Assembly: GCF_006345805.1 (NCBI RefSeq) | Contig: NC_043000.1 | Coordinates: 160,580,001 to 160,644,000 of the forward strand | Direction of reading: 5' to 3' | Length of the DNA: 64,000 nt | Source: Octopus sinensis | Taxonomy: Eukaryota | Shown here: in pieces, positions 1 through 12,054 of the stretch | How positions within the stretch are numbered: position 1 is the first letter of the stretch | Layout: each line of letters starts with the position of its first letter | Program-made: the position numbers and the translations under genes | The notes under the pieces: generated by a model | The model's database searches: none | Seen by the model: the letters and a program-made list of their open reading frames with translations, nothing else | What the model was told of the DNA's origin: nothing

Positions 1-289
1 TTATATCGTATTTTGTTTGGGAGGAAAAGAAAGCTTTTGACACTTCACAGGACATCTCTGACTAGATGAGAGGAAGGATTTTGTGTCCCCAGATCCAACA
101 TCATGCTAACAATTTACAAGGAGCTGATTACAGAAGAACACAGCTTTAATTCTACAATCTATACAGGCCACAGGATGGTTTGAACTTAAGATGCAAAGAG
201 TGTTAACAAACACTGCTTGGCGTGCGGTTGGACGTTATGACTTTCAACAAAAAAAGTCTCCTGGATTCGTACTCAGTTTTTAAAGAACT

Positions 290-412
290 TCCAAAGTGGA
301 TGAAATGCAAAATCGACTTCAGTTGGATTTGAGCTCCTATAGCTTAAAGTGAGAATAAACATCGCTATGAATTTTAACTGGTGCTGTAACGACGCTGTTA
401 ATTCACCGCCAA
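290..412 (-). mobile_element. Degenerate SINE fragment (same family as 32508-32670 and 54017-54222)
   Basis: Reverse complement resembles ggcggcgagctggcagaatcgttagc...gagttcaaattccgccgaggtcgactttgcctttcatc; heavily mutated. Confidence 0.5.
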
Positions 413-599
413 TTACGTGTGTGTAGGTGTGCTGGACTGTTTTTCTTTACGTAAGATTAATAAAGTGCTACACACACACACACATACATAAACATGCACA
501 CAGGTACACAAACACACACACATATATATGCAACATAGAGTTAGAGAAATATGCATATACATACATACAAACACACACAAACACATACACACATATATG

Positions 600-634
<35 letters not shown>

Positions 635-744
635 GCATGTGTTTATCGATATTCCTATAGCTATGTATATGCATGTATATATCTATATCTATCTATCTGC
701 TAATATGTGTGCGTGTGTGCTTGTGTGTGCATGTGTATGTATGT

Positions 745-870
745 AGATGCAGAGATGAACATTTAATTCCAGTAATCGGATCCTAGAAAGCCTCCAAGAT
801 TAATTGAAATAATCCGTAGAATAACAAAACACTGAGGTGAAAGATAACGAATAATTATATGATTCTACAT
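745..870 (+). mobile_element. R4/Dong-type LINE relic, C-terminal restriction-like endonuclease (REL) region
   Basis: attccagtaatcggatcctag translates IPVI-GSL, like the IPVIIGALG motif seen more intact at 46486-47570; many stops. Confidence 0.45.
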
Positions 871-920
871 CTTATTTCTTTGTGATGTAATCATTTGTCC
901 ATATTCGTATTAGTTCGGAG

Positions 921-997
921 GTGGTAGTAGTAGTGGTGGTGGTGGTGGTGGTGGTGGTGGTGGTGGTGGTAGTGGTAGTAGTAGTAGTAGTAGTAGT

Positions 998-1054
<57 letters not shown>

Positions 1055-1058
1055 TGCA
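921..1058 (+). repeat. Compound trinucleotide microsatellite (GGT)n-(AGT)n-(AGC)n
   Basis: Direct reading; source of the poly-C/Y/H and poly-L/P ORFs. Confidence 0.97.
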
Positions 1059-1064
1059 GTAGCT

Positions 1065-1260
1065 GTGTGATATTAATGACATTGTAATCCCCCAAGAACA
1101 AGAATATAAAAATCAAAATGTTGGAGTGTGACCGACTACAACAGATTGAGAAGTGATTCGAAATAAAAAATAAGAAACTTAAAGGAAGCAAATGGTAATT
1201 CCTGTTGTAGCTGTCGTCTTTTGAGTGTTTGCAACTGTTTTGAAATCCCCGTTATATATC
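1065..1260 (+). mobile_element. R4/Dong-type LINE relic, REL endonuclease region
   Basis: Translates INDIVIP...MVIPVVAV, matching the DIAIP...VIPVVVG motifs of R4 REL domains; stops and frameshifts. Confidence 0.55.
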
Positions 1261-1679
1261 TTACAACTTCAAAGTAGTTTGAAGCTGCTGCGGAAACTAC
1301 ATTGTTTTGAACAGCAAGGGCCAGAAGAAGAGTTGGGTGTTGCTTGATGTCAACTGGAAATTATTCCCGTTCAGCAATCTCAGACCAAATTAAATCAGTT
1401 ATAATAATTATCAATTATCTTAAAATTTACTGTAATGATATATGTGCATTAGGTCAAATCTAAATTTAATGATGATAAAAACGTTATGTCGGAAGATTGA
1501 ACTCCTGGTAAAAGATCTTTCTCCCGATAGTTGGGCTACGGTGCAGTATTCTAGAACCGGGTATTATCTTGTTACTGCTTTGCAAAAAATTAAGTGTAAA
1601 CGGAAGTCCACAATTTTTGCAATGGCATCTTATTTAAGAAGTGAACCAAGGTAGCGAGAAATCTGCAAACGAGGCTGAA

Positions 1680-2755
1680 CTTATGAAACGTTATGTATAT
1701 ATTTCAACTCATACAAAACAGAAAACAGATTATGTACTATATATAAAGAATGAAAAGTATATCTCTGGTAAATAAATTGAAGAATTATAAATATATAAAC
1801 CAACATATTAAAAGCAAATGAATAAGAGCAACTGTCGAAATTATGAAGAGAATGGAAACATTCAAGTGAACACAAGTTTACCAAACTACCATCTAAAGCA
1901 GGGCCAAGATGTTGTAAGCCTAATGTGGATACCCTGGAAGATGATCAAATAGTGGTCCTTAAAGAAATGAAAGAGAAACTAAAGAAACAAGTAGTCATTG
2001 GGTCAGTTAATTTAAGGACAGTGACTGAAGGTAAGTTGAAAGGTAAAACGTTGAAAGTCTACTGTGTGATTTATAAGATTAAATGAAATCACTAAAGATA
2101 ACAACGCATTCATAAAAGCAACGATTAATATAGATGCAGACATTTTGGAGATAAAGAAAAGACGAAACAAGTACTAACAGATATCTTGCTGAAGAAGACG
2201 GATGCTAATGATGATTAGCTGCAGTGTAAACTGGACCAGTTGAAGGAAGGCAAAAAAAAAACGTATATTATAGAGCAGGTATACTATGAAAGCAAAAAAG
2301 AAATTGGTATAAAGAGGAATAAAAGAAGAGAGTAAACATTATTAGAAAATAAGCAAAAATATGAAATATAAGTAATGTCACTTTTCCATTCAAACCTAAA
2401 AGGTCAATTTGATATATTCGTTAAGGAAATTATAGAACTTATACACGCCAAATACTCAAAGCAAGCATACTTTTTAGGTGAAAGTTTGGTGGAAAATGCC
2501 AAACTTAATAACACTGTTGTAAAAATAAATAGAAAATTATTGTGAAAACGTTGATTCGCATGAAAATGTTAACTTAACAAAAGCAAATATCGTGTAAGCA
2601 GTTAAGAAATTAGGAAAATGGCAAAGAGCCAGACCAGATATTGTTTAAGATTAAATGATGAAAGCGGTTACGGATTTCCATCAGAACTTAGTAATATTAC
2701 TAAATGAATGCATATCAAAAGAGGTGCAACTATTTGGATTACAAAAGGAAAAACT

Positions 2756-2794
<39 letters not shown>

Positions 2795-2796
2795 AC

Positions 2797-2832
<36 letters not shown>

Positions 2833-2903
2833 CACCACCACCACTACTACTACTGCTGCTACTACTGCTGCTACTACTGCTGCTACTACTACTACTACTA
2901 CTA

Positions 2904-2944
<41 letters not shown>

Positions 2945-3170
2945 AAATGCATATTGAAAGGAAAAGCTACCGTAAACTATCGATCTTTTATGCATCTGCC
3001 AATTATCTGGAAACTCTTAACAAGGATAATCGAAGTCATAGACCAACACGTTAATAAGGAACACCTGAGGCCCGATGAAGAGAATGACAGTCGAAAAAAG
3101 TGTAAGGGGTCGAAGGAACGATCGATAAGGAGGTATTGAATAACAAAGATCGATTATAGAGAACGAGAAC
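1680..3170 (+). mobile_element. R4/Dong-type LINE fragment (ORF N-terminus and start of RT), interrupted by (CTA)n
   Basis: VKKLGKWQRARPD (SNWKSPGPD-like), DFHQNLVILLNEC, WITKGKT, NYRSFMHLPIIWKLLTRII, RKKCKGSKER (NYRPITCLP..WKLLT / EQKGCRKKSRG-like). Confidence 0.85.
2757..2944 (+). repeat. (CTA)n/(CCA)n/(CTG)n compound microsatellite inside the R4 RT
   Basis: Direct reading. Confidence 0.97.
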
Positions 3171-3560
3171 GATCTAGTTGATCACTCGTAGATCTAGCCA
3201 TACCTTGAACTATTCATCAACAGCACAGCAAAGAAATCTCCCCGAGGGGAGAGTTTTCAAAAGAACAGAAACACAAACAATAACGTTTTTACATTTATGA
3301 ATACAGATGTTCCTTTGCTCTTCTTTGCATTAGCAACATGCTACGACAAGGAAGTGGATAATATGGATGCCAATTTGTTGAGATGAAGATGATGTAGACA
3401 CAAATGTGACGGTTGTCTTATTCAAAAAAGCAGAAACTTCGTTAAGACGGAAAACCACACGCCAAACAGCAGCAACAGCAACAACTGAATATAGAACTGT
3501 TACCTCAACTGTCATCACAAACTGCAGCATTACCACACATAATATCAACAGCAACAACTT

Positions 3561-3932
3561 GAGGCGCAATGGCGCAATGGTTAGGGCAGCGGACCCGCGG
3601 TGGGAGGATCGCGGTTTCGATTCCCAGACCGGGCGCTGTGTGTGTTTATTGAATGAAGACACCTAAAGCTCCACGAGGCTTCGGCAGGGGGGGGTGGCGA
3701 CCCCTGTTGTACTCTTTCGCTCCAACTTTCTCTCACTCCTTCCTGTTTCTTGTCCCCGACTTCCTACGCAACCGCTGATGCGCATTCATCCATCCGTCGA
3801 TGCTCTCAGTATCGGGGGTTGACCTGCTTTCTCTTCTTCGGGTCTTACGAATAGCAAAGGACCACGTTTCGGACTTCTCCCACTACAGACGGAACGAAGA
3901 CCGCTTCGCTCAACAAACAAACAAGCAAGCAA
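3561..3932 (+). mobile_element. tRNA-derived SINE, apparently full length, with (CAAA)n tail
   Basis: Pol III A box TGGCGCAATGG 3570-3580, B box GGTTTCGATTCCC 3613-3625, ~300-bp body, caaacaaacaagcaagc tail; flanked by direct repeats 3485-3558 and 3936-4012. Confidence 0.88.
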
Positions 3933-4614
3933 CATCTGAATATAGAACTGTTACTTCAAATGCCATCACAAACTGCAGCATTACCACGCCGCATAATACC
4001 AACAGCAACAACACTGACATCAGCACCCACCAACACCATCAGATCAACAGCAGTAGCAGAACAACAGCAAGACTTACAATATTAAACAACATAAACACAA
4101 GAGGGGAAAACAGTAATATCTGCAAATAAAAGAATGACCAAAAAAAAATACGTAAAAGGAAATGACAACAAAACCAGACAAACAATAGTAAGAACAAGGT
4201 ACGCTTAAAGATATATCAATTTTTTAAACAAGAACCATGAGTTTGTTGAGTGTTACTTTCAAAGGCATCAGAAGAAAGATATATGGCAAGAGCGATATCA
4301 TAAATTTGCATAATCTTAAAGTTGTAGTTCCTGCTTGATTTCGGCAGTTTCAAATTTCAAATGTTTTGGACAACTAGTCTTCTTATTCCTTCTATTCCTT
4401 CAACAGAATTTCATTTGTGGTGCGTATATCTATATATGTGTATATACAGCTACATACATACCCACATATGTACACACTCGCACACACACATATATATTTA
4501 TACACGTGACCAACGGCTATTCTTTCTTTCTTCCACTTCCTTCCTAAAGACAAGTCGTTTTTTTATCCGTCTCTTCTCAAAGTTTGTTTTTCCAGCGTTC
4601 ACCACCTCACATCG

Positions 4615-4950
4615 TCATGGCTTAACAGCTCTGACCGTTGTTTTTACTATTTTGTTCTCACTATCCTGTTTTTTGTACCACTTTCACCCTCCACGAAACA
4701 TCCGAATTTTTATTTAAGGCAAATGCCTTGCGAGAAGGACTGTTTTAGCGAAGTTTTATTTTGTCCTTACCTTCCTAACGCGGAGTAGATAAAACAGGAG
4801 TCGACTGATAAAAGGAATTTTCTTAATGTTGCATGTCTCGTTTCTCTGTTTGTCTGCTTTTTTCGTTGTTCGAAAAAAAGAATTGTTTTCAACGTTTTTG
4901 TTTTTTATGTTCTCGTTTCTCATTCTATCTATGATTTTTACGTCTTGTAC
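4615..4950 (+). repeat. Unclassified interspersed repeat, copy 1 (copy 2 at 44415-44740)
   Basis: Shared blocks ggcttaacagc, ccacttt.accctcc, aacgcggagtagat.aaacagg, tgtctcgtttctct, gttcgaaaaaa, tgtaccc in the same order. Confidence 0.8.
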
Positions 4951-5694
4951 CCATATATGCATGTATATATACACACACACGCACATATATATATATATAT
5001 ATGTATGTATACATGCATATATTTATATATTATTTATATTAAATATATATATATTATAGATATATAGAAGGGTAGAGAGACAGATAGATTTACATATATA
5101 CGTACATATACACGTGTGTATGTGTGTATGTATGTACAATTGTATGTGTATATCCTGTCCACTACGGTATCAATATAAAGCTAATATCTAACTAAAACCT
5201 CTGCTTTACAACCCAGTAACCATGCTTGCTTCTTTCCAATTAATTATGTAAGAAGATAGGTTCTGGTATGTAATTTATAATTCATACAAATGTTGCTTTC
5301 TATGGGTTTGTTGCTACATAATGACTATAGCAATCGTACTTGCAAAATTACTTTACACTTATATATTATCATCCAAATTCGTAAGATATCAAATTTTAGA
5401 CATGGTTTCATATTTGCATTTATAACTGCCCGTGTATCAACATATACATTTTGATGATTAAACTATTTCAATCGTTCCTTCAATGTCTAAGAATATGTAT
5501 ATTATGGAACACAATTTCATACGTTTAGTATAGATGCATTTCAGTTGGGAAAAGGGAGGACAGTTTGATTATATATTTAATACTGTTAAAACAACTTTTG
5601 TCTTTGTTTGTGCGTTACGAGCAAATTAAACAATATTAAAGACATAAATACCAAATGCATAATTGTACGAAATCTACAGAATGCTTGAAGCATA

Positions 5695-6146
5695 CTCTTA
5701 CTCTCTCTATTACTCTTTTACTTGTTTCAGTCATTTGACTGTGGTCATACTGGAGCACCACCTTCAGTCAAGCAAATGGACCCCAAGACTTATTCTTTGT
5801 AAGCCTAGTACTTATTCTATCGGTCCTTTTTGCTGAACCGCTAAGTTACAGGGACGTAAACACACCACCATCGGTTGTCAAGTGATGTTGGGGAGACAAA
5901 CAGACACAAAAACATATACACACATACATATACACACATACATATATATACATACATATATACGACGGGCTTCTTTCAGTTTCCGTCTATCAAATCCACT
6001 CACAAGGCTTTAGTCGGCCCGAGGCTATAATAGAATACACCTGGCCAAGGTGCCACGCAGTGGGACTGAACCCGGAACCATGTGGTTCGTAAGCAAGCTA
6101 CTTACTACACAAACATACACAAAAACATATACACATACATATACAC

Positions 6147-6185
<39 letters not shown>

Positions 6186-6358
6186 ACATACATATATACG
6201 ACGGGCTTCTTTCAGTTTCCGTTTATCAAATCCACTCACAAGGCTTTGGTCGGCCCGAGGCTATAATAGAATACACCTGGCCAAGGTGCCACGCAGTGGG
6301 ACTGAACCAGGAACCATGTGGTTCGTAAGCAAGCTACTTACTACACGCCTGTCTGCCA
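5695..6358 (-). mobile_element. tRNA-derived cephalopod-type SINE with internal microsatellite and locally duplicated 5' head
   Basis: Minus strand reads gtagcttgcttacgaaccacatggttccgggttcagtcccactgcgtggcacc (B box) ... ggatttgatagacggaaactgaaagaagcccgtc ... tgctccagtatgaccacagtcaaatgactgaaacaagtaaaagag; head present twice (5964-6110, 6200-6346). Confidence 0.92.
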
Positions 6359-7671
6359 CTCCTACGCATATCTGAAATGCTCGTATACCGTAGTACAAAA
6401 GATAACGTATGGAAAAGCCAACACGAGAGAAGTACGACTTCTATCAAAGGCCAGAGTATTTCTTCTAATCTCCGCGAGGATTGTTGCGGATGCTAGTTCT
6501 CAGGAATTAATGTGACGAGTAACGCTTTACGAGGCACTATAATACCAAGGTAAAATAAAATAATATTCTCAGTTTCCACGTAAACTCAATATGATGTTTT
6601 TGCTGCACTAGTTTTCGTACCGACATTTTAGCTACTCGATACGATGCAATATGACACCTTGGCTTTTGAGGATAAAAACGTAAAAGGAGAAATTTCCGAA
6701 TTGCCAGTGGTTTAGAAATCTACAACTTAAAATTAAAACAAAGCAGCATAGGTTTATCATCAATACAAACATTCTTTTAATGGTGCACCATATCTCTGCA
6801 GGAATATCTACAAATAACCAATATCAAGATTTCTGTGATATCATATCTGCCTACACAGAGCGATCATGAGTTACTAAGAAGCTATTCTAAAGGAACTCCA
6901 TATAATTGTCATGTGTGTGTGTGTGCGCGCGTGTGTGTGTTCGCGAGCATGTGTGCTTGTGTGTATGTCTGTGAATGTCTGTGTATATGAGTGTGTGTAA
7001 CAGACAAATGAAGGGTTAAGTTCGTGACAACTGTTCGGGTAGAAATGCATTTAATGTAGTCATAACAGATTACAGCATATTACAGAAGGCTCCTACATCA
7101 TCAGCTGTTATTTAAACTTAGTGAACCATGATATAGCCTATTAATTTCAGCTAGTGGGCTTTTAAAGCTGAGATATGAATGTAGAAAAAGCAGGTAGGCG
7201 TGCTCAAGAGCTGTCAATCAACAAAGGCACAGATTAAGGAAGAGAAGAAAAATGCTGAGAAGACAAAACGGCGTCAAGGGGTAAATTTATCGTTCATTAT
7301 AATATGGGACAGATATTTTGATGAGTTCAAGGGAGACATGCACATTTTATTATAAATAAAAATACATCTAAACTGCCATTCACATGCACATTATGCCCTA
7401 CTCATATGTATGCAACAGATTCACACTCATGCACACATACACATAGAAGAATAAACTTATAAATATAAACGCAGTCTCACATGTATACGTATGCATTCCA
7501 ACGGACGCATATTGACTTACATCTACATACTTGCACAAACATATACAGTCATGCCCTCATACGTAAACATATACATACACACATTCAAATGTATATTACG
7601 AAGGAAGAAATTATACACTGGTGCAATAATTGTTGATTATAGAGCCAATAACTACATATATATATATATAT

Positions 7672-7878
7672 CTTTTACATGTTTCAGCCAACAGATCGTA
7701 GCCTTGCTGGAGCATTGAAGAATTTTTAGTCAAATGTATTGCTCCCAGTACCTATTTTTATATACCTTCGCAATTATTCTGTTGGTCTATTTAGCCGAAC
7801 CGATAAGTTACAGGGACGTAAACACACCAGCACCGTCTTTCAAAAAGTGGTGACGGGGGACAAACGAAGAAAAAGAAT

Positions 7879-7912
<34 letters not shown>

Positions 7913-8111
7913 GAGAAATAAATAGATAGCCAGATAGATAGATACCACGAACCTCTTCAGTTTACATCTACCAAATCCACTCACAAAGATTTGGTCGACC
8001 CTAGACTATCGTTCAAAAAACTTGACGAAAGTATCACGCAGTGAGACTGAAACCAGAGCCGTGTGGTTAGTCAGAAAGCACGTTTCTTTACCACACAATC
8101 ACACCTGCGCC
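7672..8111 (-). mobile_element. Older copy of the same SINE family as 5695-6358
   Basis: Conserved blocks gggacgtaaacacacc, ctaccaaatccactcacaa, cacgcagtgagactgaa, accacac...cctgcgcct. Confidence 0.82.
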
Positions 8112-8291
8112 TGGATCGCTAGCCACTACACAGTCTTTATTTTGTCTCCTTGTTTCTTTCTGTGTTCGTTTCTGTGGAAGAGCGTAGGCTCGAAACGTTA
8201 AAGTATTTTTCCCTTCACGAGCGTTATACTAATACATTTGTTTGTTGTCTACACACGTTCTTCGATCTTTGGTTTTTGTTTTGTGAATTCT

Positions 8292-8292
<1 letters not shown>
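8112..8292 (+). repeat. Unclassified repeat, possibly the terminal repeat (pLTR) of a Penelope-like element
   Basis: gaagagcgtaggctcgaaacg motif; lies 160 bp upstream of a same-strand Penelope-type RT fragment. The link is inference. Confidence 0.35.
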
Positions 8293-8379
<87 letters not shown>

Positions 8380-8402
8380 GTGTGTGTATGTGTGTGTGTG
8401 TG

Positions 8403-8434
<32 letters not shown>

Positions 8435-8449
8435 TTATAAATGTGCTGA

Positions 8450-9005
8450 AACAGATAATGTTGCGTTTCGGAATGTAACTTCTATGGCCAAGAAGACCCC
8501 TAGAGAGGGATGGAAAGGGTCGACCAGGGCTATGCGGAAACCCCATAAACGATGATTAGGTTAAAAAGATGGTCGCACATGCGGTGGGTGTGAGTACCAT
8601 CACAATACTCAAGGGCCACATGTTTAAGTTTGATAACAAGATATACACCCAAGAGGAAGGTGCAGCCATCTCTGTCAGAATCGCTAGCGATGTGGCTAAA
8701 CTATTTATGGTATGGTGTGATAGGAAACTCAAAACGAAATTAGCAGAGAACTTCATTAACTTAACCATGTACTCCTACCATGTGGATGACATTACCATAA
8801 TAGCTAAACATCCCTACAAGGCAATGTTGATGATCTAGAAGTTAACATTATATAGGTTACCTGTTATAGACACAGAACTGTGGCTAGAAATAAACAACAG
8901 TAAGGTCCAGATCATTCACTCTCATTATGCCAAACATATGGTCTCTAAGTATCTTTTTCACAAGAACACAGCTATTGCTAACAATGCTATGTTCAACATT
9001 CTTAT
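8450..9005 (+). mobile_element. Penelope-like element RT/thumb fragment
   Basis: FKFDNKIYTQEEGAAI..IASDVAKLFMVW...YSYHVDDI (RT motifs 4-5), then PVIDTELW...[22 protein letters not shown] (PLE thumb). Confidence 0.85.
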
Positions 9006-9019
9006 AGATATAGATACAG

Positions 9020-9275
<256 letters not shown>

Positions 9276-9284
9276 ACATACAGA

Positions 9285-10346
9285 GGAATGAAGCACATGC
9301 TCTTATTACATTATATATTAAAGTAAATGCTCTTAATGTTGAGTTTCAATCGGAACACTTTTGATTGCATCTGTTGCATATATTTGTATCCAGTGAATAT
9401 GAAAATATCCTTAGTTGCTTTAGAAAAGAGAATGTTTTAGGTGTATCTAAATTATCAGATATTGATCTTAATAACAACAAATCACAAAGATGTAAATGAT
9501 ATTTAACTTGGTGGAAGCGTAATGAGATATCAAGAACTAAACCCCGTCGCTGGTGACTCAGATAGATTCAGAACTAATTGCAAAATTGTTTTTATAGAAT
9601 TATGGTTTCAAATAAAATGCGTTTTACTCACGATAAAGCGGGAGTGTTTGACCTCTTAGAAATACTTGATCCAAAAGTAGCACGCAATCTCACTAACTCT
9701 CCTTAGTCGATAATTCCCTTGGCATCAAACTTTCCACCAATTACACTAGAAAACACTCTTGATGAACTAGAGGATGAGTGGAGATTATTTTGGCAATATG
9801 AAAATATTCCTCTTTCCTCAAAAAGCATCCATGAATTCTGGTATTCCATACGCAATCTGAAAGATGTGCTTGACCACACTAAATCTGAGAGGCTGTCACA
9901 ATTCATGACTAATTTAACGGTGTTATCTCATTCATTAGAGTGCGTGGAGAGCATATTTTCTCACGTTAATTTCACAAAGACGCTGTTTACTAGTAGGTTG
10001 AACGCTGAAGGGAGCGTCATGCATTTCTTGGCAGTTGAACTTATTAAAGATGTAGTGGATGGGTTTTTCTCATCGTTGGTATACGATTGAACTTCAAAAT
10101 GGAAAAAAATTAGTCCATCACCATTGAAGAAGTGAATGAAGATGGTGTGGATGTGTACGAAATTGACAATTTGCTGCCATATGATATAAAGTATTAAATT
10201 CTGTATTCGTTTTGTCATATAACATGTTTTATCATTAAATTACCAATTATATGCCTATTTTCTAATATCGAGGTTTATAAAATAGGATATAGGTTTTTTG
10301 CAGCAAATAATCTTGGTGTTTTATTGTTTGAGGAGTAGCAACCCTG
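9285..10346 (+). mobile_element. hAT DNA transposon 3' part: transposase C-terminal dimerisation domain and probable right TIR
   Basis: NVEFQSEH...LEILDPKVA; ORF 9719-10090 EFWYSI...FMTNLTVLSHSLECVESIFSHVNFTKT...RL (LPHSSA.VERIFS.VN..KT..RNRL motif); ends gtagcaaccctg (revcomp CAGGGTTGCTAC, hAT-like terminus). Confidence 0.82.
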
Positions 10347-10428
10347 TAAATAACCCTTCAGCCTCTACTTCTATATTTATAATGTAAGTTCACCCACATA
10401 GTTACGCCAAATTGCATGTATATATATA

Positions 10429-10462
<34 letters not shown>

Positions 10463-11527
10463 CTACATCATCCACATAATTTATACTCATATTATCTGTA
10501 TGCTTCACTTGCAAAACAAACCTTCCTCTATGTTTCCTATATATCACTTTTTGTAAATATTTTTTTCTTTTTTATCTCAATTAATGCTAATTCCTTCCCC
10601 CAGATACACAAAGTGAGATAACTCGTAGTTACTTTTTATGTACACTCCTTTTTTTTCAGAATAAATAAAGATGAATATACAAGTTTATCCATATTTTTAT
10701 TTTATTTTAATTATCACAAATTTTATATTCCACATAGGAGTAAGTAATATATCATTTATTTATCCATCTAAAAACATTTCTACGTAACTGAATGTATCTG
10801 TTAGTATTTTAAAATGTTACTTAAATTTTTTCAGAATTTTCCTTTTTTTCATACACAACTTTCTTTGTATTTTGCTATAATAACAACAAATTTTTAAATT
10901 TCTCATAGGTGTGACTTATATTTTATTTATTTAGTCATCTGAAAACATTTCTGCATTATTGAATCTAAAAATTAGTGTCTTAAAATTTTATTTTATCTAT
11001 ATGCTTACCAGTATGAAAATGTACTTAACTAGTGACGATACAATCCTATTTATGAGTGAACGACAATTCAATGTTTTACGTTTGAATTATATATCTAATT
11101 ATTCAATGTAGCCACATTTTCTTAGCCATTACTTTAAAATATAATTCCCATTAATGATTTATATGACTTATATTATATATTCAAATCTCATATAGTTTTT
11201 TATTTTCTCGCTTCATTCAATTCTATAGAATTTTCATTTCGTTATTTTTTCTCCAGCAAATTTATTTCTCTTTTTATTTTCTATATTTCTCCCCATTTTT
11301 TCTTTAATTCAAATTACTTAACGTCTTCACAATCTTTTACCCATGATTACATAATGTCCCTAACCATCTATTTTTCAAATCCCTCATAATTTTTTAACGT
11401 GATTCGATTACCTTATACTTCCCTCTTTTACTTTCATGACGCCCTTTCTTATTTCTTTTTCTCATAACGTAATTTTTACATTATATGGATACATTATATG
11501 GATGCTTACATATCAAAATGTGGTCCT

Positions 11528-11577
11528 TTTTAGTACGTTATTACCATCCTATTGCTTTAGTACGTTATTACCATCCT
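11528..11577 (+). repeat. Tandem duplication, 28-bp period, tttagtacgttattaccatcct x2
   Basis: Direct reading. Confidence 0.9.
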
Positions 11578-11919
11578 GCATATCGTACTATATAATTATA
11601 ATTCCTCAAAAAAAGATGTAAACATAAGCTCTTTTTATTAGAAAGTATCAACGAGATCTGGTCCAATTTTGTTATATATAAATTCAATAACTTTTAACAG
11701 GGTTCTAATCCTGCAAATCCGAAGTTCTGTTTGCCAAGCGACTAGATTGAACCATGTGTAGGCCTTTTAATGCTTATTTTAAAATTATATTTTCCTTTAA
11801 ACTTGTATTTCTTTATTTGCTATATTTCATTGTATTTAACAGGATACACACAAAATAAGCATCCACAGTTGACTCTCCGTTTTCTTATATTAATATAAAA
11901 TGTAAACTAAACTACTTAC

Positions 11920-12017
11920 CGTATATATTAAAGAAATTCACTGGTATTATCACTGATAATAGCAGTGAATCTCTGGATTTCATAATTCCTAAGGAGGACA
12001 TTACATCTTCGATTTCA
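11920..12017 (-). CDS. Candidate 98-nt internal exon EIEDVMSSLGIMKSRDSLLLSVIIPVNFFNIY (product unknown)
   Basis: ctattcacatacAG | exon | GTaagtag; only one frame open. The peptide also resembles the LINE RT motif EI..SL...KSPG.DGIPVEF, so it may be a TE relic. Confidence 0.3.
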
Positions 12018-12054
12018 CTGTATGTGAATAGATAGACAGATAGATAGATAGATA

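Noticed and set aside
3561-3635. tRNA gene
   Set aside because: A and B boxes are present, but the cloverleaf is incomplete and runs into a SINE body and tail.
8165-8215. Intact hammerhead ribozyme at gaagagcgtaggctcgaaacg
   Set aside because: The CUGA box is absent (tggaaga) and stem I cannot pair.
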